Shown here piece after piece: positions 38,580 to 46,812 of a stretch of DNA of 64,000 nucleotides; within the stretch, counting starts at the first letter, position 1; each line of letters begins with the position of its first letter. Position numbers and translations under genes: made by a program. Source of the stretch: an uncultured Bdellovibrionales bacterium (GTDB lineage: Bacteria > Bdellovibrionota > Bdellovibrionia > Bdellovibrionales > SG-bin7); assembly GCA_964498095.1 (NCBI GenBank), contig CAZCFY010000001.1, positions 59,386 through 123,385 of the forward strand, written 5' to 3'. Below the pieces are notes generated by a model that worked only from the letters and a program-made list of their open reading frames with translations, did no database searches and was not told the DNA's origin.

Positions 38580-39434
38580 TTGGACGCTTTAGTGCAAATG
38601 TCCAGTTCATTTTTTTCCAATAGGCAATCGTGGGAATTTAATTTTAAATTATACCATATGTACTTTGGAGATTTGGTTTCATTTCTTGGTGGATTGTCTG
38701 TTGGGCTTGTAATCACATTTTTTCGAACCGTTTCGCTTAAAGAGGAATTAAATGAACATCGCGCAAGGCGGCGTCACCGGAGTGCAAATAACTATGAGGG
38801 CCTGCCTACGATAGCTGACGCAAAGCTCGAGTTCTTGCAAAAACGTAGTTTCAATATGCTCACGCGATTACAAGGAATCATCGGAATTACCGATATCCTC
38901 TTGGCAACCCACAAAAATGAAATAGATCCAAAAGATCTAAAAATCATTTCTGAAGGCGCTCGCCAAATTCACTCACTCTTAAGCGAGGGACTTAGTCTTC
39001 ATACGAACACCGAGGATATTACCAACGGAGACTCCGCGGCCACCGAAAAGGTCAATAGTAGAAAAATACTTTTGGTCGAAGACGATGAAATGATGCGTAT
39101 CACTTGTTGTGAAATGCTTAAAGCTCTTGGTTTGGAGTTTGAGGTTGTCAATAATGGTAAAGATTGTATAGAAAAAGTGAAAAATTCAAATTTTGGCCTA
39201 ATAATTATGGACTGCGAAATGCCGGTCATGAACGGCTATGAAGCGACGCTCGCGATTCGCGGAATGGCTGGCGATAAAAAATCCGTTTCAATAATTGGGT
39301 TTACCGCCAACGCCATAAGGGGAGCTGACAAGAAATGTCTGGCTGCAGGCATGAGTTCCTACATTTCTAAACCAATTCATTTAAATGAGTTGCGCTCAGC
39401 AATTACTAAATTTATTCCTTTAGACACGAACTGA
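38580..39434 (+). CDS. TM + degenerate HisKA + REC protein (no HATPase)
   Basis: SFNMLTRLQGIIGITDILL (HisKA-like, no His). C-terminal REC ILLVEDD, MDCEMP, SKP. Start uncertain. Confidence 0.8.
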   Translation: MDALVQMSSSFFSNRQSWEFNFKLYHMYFGDLVSFLGGLSVGLVITFFRTVSLKEELNEHRARRRHRSANNYEGLPTIADAKLEFLQKRSFNMLTRLQGIIGITDILLATHKNEIDPKDLKIISEGARQIHSLLSEGLSLHTNTEDITNGDSAATEKVNSRKILLVEDDEMMRITCCEMLKALGLEFEVVNNGKDCIEKVKNSNFGLIIMDCEMPVMNGYEATLAIRGMAGDKKSVSIIGFTANAIRGADKKCLAAGMSSYISKPIHLNELRSAITKFIPLDTN

Positions 39435-39451
39435 AATTGGCATTAACGGCG

Positions 39452-39784
39452 TTAATAAAATCCGTAACACTTCCACTTTCGAACTGGAGTGTAATCGCAA
39501 TTAAATACGCCGTTATCTTTATAACTAAAATCCAGCGAAAAACTATCATTAGATTGGCGGTTGTATTCGATGGGAAATTCGTCGAATTCCTCGGGGATTT
39601 CTTTTAGGAATTTGGGTTTTAGGTCCTTTAACTTTCTTGGGTATTCACCGCGCGCTTTTCGGAATGATTCGAGTGCCGCGATGATCGGTGAGCAGGTATT
39701 GTAGCCATCATCCGCCTTTTTTCCCGTTCCGGGAGATGCGCAGGCTAATAGGAGAAAAAATGCTAACGGTAAGAAAAACTTCAT
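39452..39784 (-). CDS. Hypothetical lipoprotein (resembles pilin/T2SS-G-like core)
   Basis: LLAC lipobox, IIAALESFRKARGEYP..L.DL.P.FL. Confidence 0.55.
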   Translation of the reverse strand: MKFFLPLAFFLLLACASPGTGKKADDGYNTCSPIIAALESFRKARGEYPRKLKDLKPKFLKEIPEEFDEFPIEYNRQSNDSFSLDFSYKDNGVFNCDYTPVRKWKCYGFY

Positions 39785-39897
39785 AAAATCGCTTTGCTCT
39801 TTTCTTTTTACCCTATTCTTTTTACTCTTTGGCAATGGGGATTTTACTTATTTTAGTCAAATAAAGCCGGTGAGTTCAAGCAAACTTTCGGGGGCAA

Positions 39898-42372
39898 CTA
39901 TCTTCCTAAGTACCGCCTAGAAAGACCTAGCGCCGAGATAATGAATGTGACAAGTAAGCCCGCCGTTAACCAGTCACTTAAGTGCAACGGGGTCAAGTGG
40001 AGAAATTCAAAAAAATTCGACATTTGAATTAACAGGACCGAGGAGATGATTGTTGCGCCGGATAAGAGGTTGGCGATTTTGGACCGGGTGAGGGTCAGAT
40101 AAAATACAATTCCAGCGCTCCACAATGTCAGAAGGGCTATCGCCATTGAGCGTGCATGTTCTTGGCTGGACTCTGAGGACAAATTAGAGAAAAAACTCAA
40201 GCCTAATAGTACTGCAAAGACAATTCCAGCAATACCAATTGTGAGAATTTGATAGCGAGAAAAGAAAAACTTTTGCGTACTGACCTTCTGTTGATTTGCA
40301 GATGCAACCGCTTGGAACGCTAACAGCGCCGTCGGATGAATAACGAGCTCCAGCCACACGATATGAACGGGAAGGAAGACAAGCGGATATCCTAATAGAG
40401 GTATAATTGCTGCAACCAGAACCAGAGGAATGTGGATCAGCAAAAGATATTCGAAGCTCATCGTAAGATTTCTGAACAATTGACGGCCTTCACGAATCGC
40501 ATTCACGATAGTGCTAAAATTGTCGTCAGAAAGTATAATGGAGGAAACTTCCTTGGCACTCCTAGTGCCCCTTTCGCCCATGGCGATCCCGATGTCAGCA
40601 GCCTTCAGCGCAGGGACGTCGTTTACGCCATCACCTGTAACGGCGACAAGTTCGCCTGAGCGTTTAAGGGCCAAGACAATTTTCAGTTTTTGCATAGGCG
40701 TGGCGCGGGCAACGACGTCGATGTTTTTTAGAAAATTGGGATTTTGATTTAGCCATGTTTCATCAAATTTTTGCGGCTCGTCTTGGGCGGAAACAACTCT
40801 CGGAACTCCCAGGGTCATGCCAGCATCCGTGGCAATCGCTGCGGCGGTTTCTGGATGATCACCGGTAATCATTATTACACGTATTCCACTTCTGCGACAG
40901 TAAGACATGGCCTCCATCACCTCCGGCCGTGGCGGGTCTTCAAAGGCCAACAGACCACAAAACTCCAGTTCTGACTCTGGTTCGCTCTCTAGAGGCAAAA
41001 AATAATTCTCCTTTTTTGCAATAGCGATTACCTTGTGGCCGCCTTTTGCCCACTCGGAAACTCTTGCCTTCCACTCTTCTTTTTCGCTGGGTGAGAGATC
41101 TGCCAGAGCGAGGATGGTCTCTGGTGCGCCTTTCACGCAGACAAGGATACTTCCGTCGGACCTCGAAACAAACCCGGTCTCTCTCTTGCGATCTTCAGTA
41201 AAGGGCACTGAGCGCAGGCGTACTGGGTCTACCAGATTCTTCTGGTGTGTCGACTCTCGAATTGCGGCGTCAACCGGATCATCATCCGAACTCGACGCGC
41301 CCAAAGCAATGTTTAAAAGCGATTTAGTATCTCCATCGACAGCGTCAAGATGAGTGACCGTTAAGCGACCCACGGTGATGGTACCCGTTTTATCAGTACA
41401 AATCTGCGTGACTCGCCCAATATTTTCCACGCTGACGGCGCGTCTGACGAGGGCATGTTTTTTTGCGAGTCTAAAGATACCAACTCCGAGGAAAAACGTG
41501 AACACAACTGGAAACTCCTCCGGAATAGCGGCTACGGCTAAAGTGGCTGCGCTCAAAAGTGCGTCTAACCAACCATGTCCCTGATAGACTCGCACGGCGG
41601 CCAGTAACAAACAGAGTGCGGCGGCGCCGAAAATTAAAATCTGAACTAAGTGATTGATCGACTTTTGCAAAGGAGTGCGTTCATGTGGCATGCGCGAAAC
41701 TGATTGGACAATTTCTCCATACGCGGTATGAGCTCCCGTCAAAATCACTCTCATTGAGCCAGTCCCTGTTAAAACTCTGGTGCCGGCATATCCCAAAGTT
41801 TGTGAGGGGACTTTTACTTCACCATGAGGTGCTAGCAAAAATGGGTCCGCCTCAATCTGATTTTTTTTAATGGGAAGTGATTCCCCCGTCAAAGCCGACT
41901 CATCAATTTGAATTTCACGAGCTACTTCGAAAATTCCGTCGGCGGGAAGAAATCCACCGGGCTCAATAATAACGGCATCACCAGGTACGAGATCGTGTGA
42001 ATTAATCTCGATGTCCTTTGCGTCTCGTCTCACCTTTACGCGCGAGCTCAACTGACTCTTAAGAGCGGCTGTGGACGCCTGAGTTCTCCAATGAAGAAAT
42101 GCATCCATAAAGAGTAAAGGAAGGACTGCGACAAACAAGGTAACACCGTCGGTAAACTCTCCCGTAAGCAAAAAAGCTGATCCGATTCCAATTAGAAACC
42201 AGATCATAGGGTCCTTCGCGGTATCCAAAATAAGTTCAAGCCATGGATTTCCTGTTACTTCCAGGATATCATTAGGGCCATAACGGGCGCGTTGCGCTTT
42301 GACCTCAGAAGGTGTTAAGCCACCTTCGTGCGGTTTGAGTCCATTTAGGTTTTCTAAAGAAATAATTTTCAT
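39898..42372 (-). CDS. Cation-transporting P-type ATPase
   Basis: LTGES, IPEEFP, DKTGT, KGAPE, MITGDH, TGDGVND. Confidence 0.95.
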   Translation of the reverse strand: MKIISLENLNGLKPHEGGLTPSEVKAQRARYGPNDILEVTGNPWLELILDTAKDPMIWFLIGIGSAFLLTGEFTDGVTLFVAVLPLLFMDAFLHWRTQASTAALKSQLSSRVKVRRDAKDIEINSHDLVPGDAVIIEPGGFLPADGIFEVAREIQIDESALTGESLPIKKNQIEADPFLLAPHGEVKVPSQTLGYAGTRVLTGTGSMRVILTGAHTAYGEIVQSVSRMPHERTPLQKSINHLVQILIFGAAALCLLLAAVRVYQGHGWLDALLSAATLAVAAIPEEFPVVFTFFLGVGIFRLAKKHALVRRAVSVENIGRVTQICTDKTGTITVGRLTVTHLDAVDGDTKSLLNIALGASSSDDDPVDAAIRESTHQKNLVDPVRLRSVPFTEDRKRETGFVSRSDGSILVCVKGAPETILALADLSPSEKEEWKARVSEWAKGGHKVIAIAKKENYFLPLESEPESELEFCGLLAFEDPPRPEVMEAMSYCRRSGIRVIMITGDHPETAAAIATDAGMTLGVPRVVSAQDEPQKFDETWLNQNPNFLKNIDVVARATPMQKLKIVLALKRSGELVAVTGDGVNDVPALKAADIGIAMGERGTRSAKEVSSIILSDDNFSTIVNAIREGRQLFRNLTMSFEYLLLIHIPLVLVAAIIPLLGYPLVFLPVHIVWLELVIHPTALLAFQAVASANQQKVSTQKFFFSRYQILTIGIAGIVFAVLLGLSFFSNLSSESSQEHARSMAIALLTLWSAGIVFYLTLTRSKIANLLSGATIISSVLLIQMSNFFEFLHLTPLHLSDWLTAGLLVTFIISALGLSRRYLGR

Positions 42373-42914
42373 TGCTTACCGGCGTCTTCACCTGCCGTCG
42401 AAGTCGGTAACAACAAATCCTCAAGAAAAAACGCGGCTAGCTCGGAACGACCCGAAATTCCTGCCTTGGCATAAATAGCCATAGATTGAACCCGCGCAGT
42501 TTTCTCAGTCGTCTTTCTGACTTCGGCAATTTCTTTGAGGCTCAGTCCCTTCAGCAGTAGAAATGCCACCTCTTTTTCCGCCACGGTGAGGTTCCATCTA
42601 GTAAGCTGCTGGTCGATCGCTCTGGCTAAACCATCAATGTATTTGCGGGAATCGGCGCGCCATAAATCCGCCTCTTGTTTAAACGCGGAGAAATCGCCGA
42701 TCTCTTTTTCTAGGCGATGACGAAGCGCAAATGTTCCGCGTAAAAGATAAAAAACTCCGGCCAGAGCAATAACTCCAATAGCTCCTTCAGTCAGAACATG
42801 CCAGAGGACAACGCCTTCGCGAGAATCGGTAAAGATATCAAAACCAACGAGAACCGCCACAATGCAAAGAATTCCCGCTACAATAAATCGTTCATTCTGG
42901 TTCATAAAATCCAC
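42369..42914 (-). CDS. Membrane-anchored LuxR-type transcriptional regulator
   Basis: Two N-terminal TM helices. LTVAEKEVAFLLLKGLSLKEIAEVRKTTEKT...IY.K.G...R.EL. Confidence 0.88.
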   Translation of the reverse strand: MDFMNQNERFIVAGILCIVAVLVGFDIFTDSREGVVLWHVLTEGAIGVIALAGVFYLLRGTFALRHRLEKEIGDFSAFKQEADLWRADSRKYIDGLARAIDQQLTRWNLTVAEKEVAFLLLKGLSLKEIAEVRKTTEKTARVQSMAIYAKAGISGRSELAAFFLEDLLLPTSTAGEDAGKQ

Positions 42915-42916
42915 AC

Positions 42917-43648
42917 CTAATCGTCGTCGTCATCATTGTCATCATCGTCATTGCTGCTTTCGCCTCCCTCGCTTTCACCAAGCTGAAATGTTGTGCCAAA
43001 GAGCTTAAGCGTCTGACTCTGACTATTGAAATTACTAACAAGATAGGTCGCAAATGTTAAGACCAATCCCACAAAAAACAAGGCGATGCCGGGTCTAGAG
43101 TTCGAAATGGCTTCTGCAGCGGGAAGGTCCTTTTTCGCACCATCAACTATTGACATAGCTATGCCATCTTGATGGCGAAGCCCATGCAAGAATACGCCAG
43201 CGATATGCAGCAAAACAACGACCAGGAAGCCATTTGCCATTAATTCGTGAATATCTTCAAAGGTTTCCTTTTGTCCGTTTGCCATCAAGCTGCCGGTGAT
43301 TCCAAGTCCGAGAGCTAAGCCGAACATTATAATCGTTGCCCAGCTAGAAGCAGGGTTGTGGCCGGCCCACTTTTGTTTCTCGCCGGAGAGAACACCTTTA
43401 AAGTAAGCTAATAAGTCTTTTGGGCGAAGGGCAAAGGAGGTAAACTTCGAGTATTTTGTGCCGAAAAATCCCCAAAGAATTCTAAGTAAAACTGTAAATA
43501 CTAATAGCAGACCTGCCAGCATGTGATAAGAAAATACTGCCGACTCATCATCAACGGTTTTGGCGATCAAAAATGCTGCGATAAAGAGCCCCGCGAAAAG
43601 ATAGTGGAATATCCGCATCGGTAGGTCATAAACAAGTTGGTTTCTCAT
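42917..43648 (-). CDS. Cytochrome b/b6 (hydrogenase cyt b-like) membrane protein
   Basis: YDLPMRIFH, YHMLAG, RILWGF.G, GHNP, IHE, LHIAGV. Acidic C-tail. Confidence 0.88.
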   Translation of the reverse strand: MRNQLVYDLPMRIFHYLFAGLFIAAFLIAKTVDDESAVFSYHMLAGLLLVFTVLLRILWGFFGTKYSKFTSFALRPKDLLAYFKGVLSGEKQKWAGHNPASSWATIIMFGLALGLGITGSLMANGQKETFEDIHELMANGFLVVVLLHIAGVFLHGLRHQDGIAMSIVDGAKKDLPAAEAISNSRPGIALFFVGLVLTFATYLVSNFNSQSQTLKLFGTTFQLGESEGGESSNDDDDNDDDDD

Positions 43649-43713
43649 GTTTGCTCCATTTCAGGACGCTCTGTCTGTGCGTCCATAAGATCACAATCGT
43701 CCTTAAACGCCAT

Positions 43714-43781
43714 TTTGACCATTGCCCAAATGGCTTATGGCCCTTAATTCAATCACTTAGGCCATTTGCCCAATGGTCAAA
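43714..43781. promoter_or_regulatory. Paired operator-like palindromes CCATT-N5-AATGG in the divergent promoter
   Basis: Copies at 43719-43733 and 43762-43776. 43714-43734 and 43761-43781 are 19/21 inverted repeats. Confidence 0.65.
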
Positions 43782-43849
43782 TTTTAGCCCGTGTCGATAA
43801 TGTTTCTAGGGCACGGGAATCAACTCGTCGCACTACATAGGAGAGCAAA

Positions 43850-44107
43850 ATGAAAAAACTAATTTTTATGATGGCGCTGGTGATGATGGGAAGCGCGGCA
43901 CACGCGAAAAAGAACTGTACCGATCAACCCAAAGACAAATGGATGAAAGAAGAAGATTTCAGAAAACGTCTTGAAGGGGAGGGTTACAAGATTCGAAAGT
44001 TCAAACAGCCGGGCACCTGTTACGAGATCTACGGCACCAATAAAGACGGTAAGAACGTGGAGATCTATTTCAATCCGGTTGATGGCGCTATTGTGAAGGA
44101 AGAATAA
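43850..44107 (+). CDS. PepSY domain protein
   Basis: Signal peptide, CTDQPKDKW, GYKI.KFK..GTCYEIYG...DG..VEIYF.PVDG. Confidence 0.9.
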   Translation: MKKLIFMMALVMMGSAAHAKKNCTDQPKDKWMKEEDFRKRLEGEGYKIRKFKQPGTCYEIYGTNKDGKNVEIYFNPVDGAIVKEE

Positions 44108-44188
44108 TATAAACTGCCTGCGGGTGTTCCGCCTCCGGCGGATTGCCCGCGGGTTTTCTCGATTATGTGGTTTTTCTGATTGGTCAAA

Positions 44189-44581
44189 CTACCTTTTGTG
44201 TTCGGTATTTTCTGCCGACGCTTCAAAATAGCTGCGCGGCGGAATATTATATTTTTTCTTCACCCGGTTATGAAAAAAGCCCATAAACGGACCGAAGGCG
44301 ATCAAAATACCAACGCAGTAAATCTGTGTTTCACCAGGTATTACTTTGAGCGGAGAGATTTCAAAGAAGATTCTGAAAATTAACTCCACCATTACAACAA
44401 AACCAATGGTGAAAAAAAAGGAATAAAAAACGGAAGCCCGTAGAAAGCTCCACAAAATTATCGGATGAGAAGTCATTCCCATTTGCAGAAGCAGACGGTC
44501 TATAGGGGGAACAAGTTTTTTATAGGGGATATGTTTTTCTTCACACCAAGCTTTAAACTTTTCTGCTGAATTTATTTTCAT
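44189..44581 (-). CDS. DUF6404-like membrane protein
   Basis: PPIDRLL..MG...P...WSF...two TM...FH...KKKYNIP. Confidence 0.6.
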   Translation of the reverse strand: MKINSAEKFKAWCEEKHIPYKKLVPPIDRLLLQMGMTSHPIILWSFLRASVFYSFFFTIGFVVMVELIFRIFFEISPLKVIPGETQIYCVGILIAFGPFMGFFHNRVKKKYNIPPRSYFEASAENTEHKR

Positions 44582-44653
44582 TTAGAAGTTCTATATTACC
44601 TTCATAAACTATTCAAAAGATTAGTGAGCTCTCGGTATTTGAACGCTTTCCTT

Positions 44654-44989
44654 TCATGATTTTGGCTTGGTTGCAGACAGTCCCAAAAACAATGAGAGAG
44701 CTGCTGCCCCCAGAGAGCAAGTCAATATCACCCAGCCGGCAGGAGAGGAATGACCCATCATTTCAATTCCCGTCGTACTCTCAAGAAAGTTCCAAAGTTC
44801 GGGTGTCAAAAAACTAAAGATCAGTCCCCCAAAGAAACCAATTATAGAGAGGATTACGCCACCTGCGAATTGTAATGTGGATCATCGTTGTTTAAGTGAC
44901 GTCCCTTTTACTTGGTGGTTTAGTTTGAAGTCAGGATTACAGGCAGAACAGATTTCAGATAAGTATACAGCGCCACATTTTGGACATAA
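44654..44989 (-). pseudogene. Remnant of a zinc-ribbon + two-TM protein with an internal TGA
   Basis: Manual translation: LCPKCGAVYLSEICSAC...KQR*STLQFAGGVILSIIGFFGGLIFSFL...GWVILTCSLGAAALSLFLG...KS*. No start codon. Confidence 0.55.
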
Positions 44990-46567
44990 TTACTCAGGCG
45001 AAGGTAAGAATTGAGAATCCATTCCACCGGGAAAGCCTGGTTGTTGAGGTAAATCAAAGCGCACAAGCTCACCACTTTCCTCTCGCGCGATAATGGTGCT
45101 TTCGTTCACAAAGGAGGCCTCAGAAAATTTGCCAGTAAGTGACTTAAACCTTGTAATAAATTTGCCATTTATAGAGTCATAAACAAGGATATCCGTATCG
45201 CCGGACGCTCGAGATATATCAGGGCGTTGAAAGGAAAGTATGTAGCGATTTGAAGGCGAAAGACTTACCTGAAAAGGTACGTCGACACCAATATTTTGTA
45301 GCTTGCCTGTCTCAAGAGAATAAATCTTCGGAGCTTTCAAGGTGGAGCGCAGGATGACATTTTTTTTGTTGGGAGAAAATTCAACGCTGAAAACACCATC
45401 GATATCCTGATGTCTACTAATTGTTGCCACTAACTCAGGACCTTTATTAGTACCTCTGTATATTTCAATATCCACCGTGGGGCGCCAATAGGTGCTATCA
45501 TGATCGTTTGCTCCTTCCACAGCGAGAAGCTCATTGTCTAAGGAGCGTCCTAGAACCCGACCGTGGGCTTCGTAAGGGTGACTGTAGTTTGTAACTGGTC
45601 TCTTCATATGCTTTTTTGTCCAGGGGTAAAATCCTGGCTTTAATCCTATGACCTTCCACGGCTGGTTCTCCTGTGGGACCAAGGCGGTGTTTCCATTGGC
45701 ATCTTCAGCGATAACTAACCCGCTTCTAACCGCAGGGAGAGTCGGTTTTCCTTTGAAAACATTTGATATTTTATCTTTAAGGGAACTAAGTGCACCTGCT
45801 ATCCGAATCTCCTGCTTGTTGCCCTGAGCGTCAGTTAACGAAAGCCAATTTCTAGAGGTATCTGTCTCTATGGCGATGAGTTTACTATTTAGCTCGCCCT
45901 GAAATAATAACTCATTACTCATAATACCTCGGATTTCAATTTTCCCTTCAGTCGTGGTGAGAATTAAAATACGATTAGTGGGATCGATCGCCATTGCAGT
46001 TACCTCTGTATCAGGAATAGAGGACGACTTTTTGTTATCGACCACAAAGATATTGTTAGGATACTTCGAGTCTATAACGTAATACAAAAAGCTGCCGTCG
46101 TAACTTGCGCGATTACGGAGAACAATTGTGCCGTCAATAAAGTGAGCGGAAACATTGTGAATGTTACCCAGGGGCAGCGAAAATAAAAGTTCATGGGAAT
46201 GGAGACTCCAAATTGATACATGATTACGGGCAAAGTTTCCGCTATTTCTAATTATCAGTACACCTTCTGTAGAATTTTGGGTGACCTCAATATAATCAAC
46301 CACGGCCCGGGTCTTATTAAAATAATCAAAACGATGATGCTCGACACCGTTAATGTCACCGATGATGAGATTGCCCTCCTTATCAAAGCTATACAAAAGA
46401 TTTTGGGCATCGCCGGTTACCTTACCTGCTGCTATTGGCTGTTTTAAAGTAGGATTTGTAATCTGAACCTGATTCCTTGGGATAAATAAGTTAGGACAGA
46501 TGTTTGCCAAGGCCGGGTCCACCAATAAAATCATGGCTGTGACTATTAAGGATTTTGAACTTTTCAT
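44990..46567 (-). CDS. Secreted beta-propeller (WD40-like) protein
   Basis: Signal peptide to ALA-NICPNLF. Repeated beta-rich blades (VTAMAIDP, SVEFSPN, VSLSPS). Confidence 0.7.
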   Translation of the reverse strand: MKSSKSLIVTAMILLVDPALANICPNLFIPRNQVQITNPTLKQPIAAGKVTGDAQNLLYSFDKEGNLIIGDINGVEHHRFDYFNKTRAVVDYIEVTQNSTEGVLIIRNSGNFARNHVSIWSLHSHELLFSLPLGNIHNVSAHFIDGTIVLRNRASYDGSFLYYVIDSKYPNNIFVVDNKKSSSIPDTEVTAMAIDPTNRILILTTTEGKIEIRGIMSNELLFQGELNSKLIAIETDTSRNWLSLTDAQGNKQEIRIAGALSSLKDKISNVFKGKPTLPAVRSGLVIAEDANGNTALVPQENQPWKVIGLKPGFYPWTKKHMKRPVTNYSHPYEAHGRVLGRSLDNELLAVEGANDHDSTYWRPTVDIEIYRGTNKGPELVATISRHQDIDGVFSVEFSPNKKNVILRSTLKAPKIYSLETGKLQNIGVDVPFQVSLSPSNRYILSFQRPDISRASGDTDILVYDSINGKFITRFKSLTGKFSEASFVNESTIIAREESGELVRFDLPQQPGFPGGMDSQFLPSPE

Positions 46568-46812
46568 AAATTTCTCCACGACAAGGTACCTGCAAAATCC
46601 GTCCTCCTAGGGGTTGATTTGAATTGCACTTGCTTGTTTAAACTCTCGTCAGAGCGACGAACTTTGGCAGTTAGGTCCCGCAAATAATAATTGAATATAA
46701 GCTGTGGAATAGAGGTTTTTTTGCCAGGTCTAAGTCTCCATTTTCGCGCTAAAAGCGTGTGGGCCAAAATTAACACATCCAGTGGCTTAAAATCTGCATT
46801 ATAGCCCTGGAT

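Noticed and set aside
44882-44884. In-frame TGA as evidence for a recoded genetic code or selenocysteine
   Set aside because: Well-conserved genes in the window end in TGA at expected lengths (e.g. SDR 2803, toxin 49220), and no long gene is interrupted by TGA.
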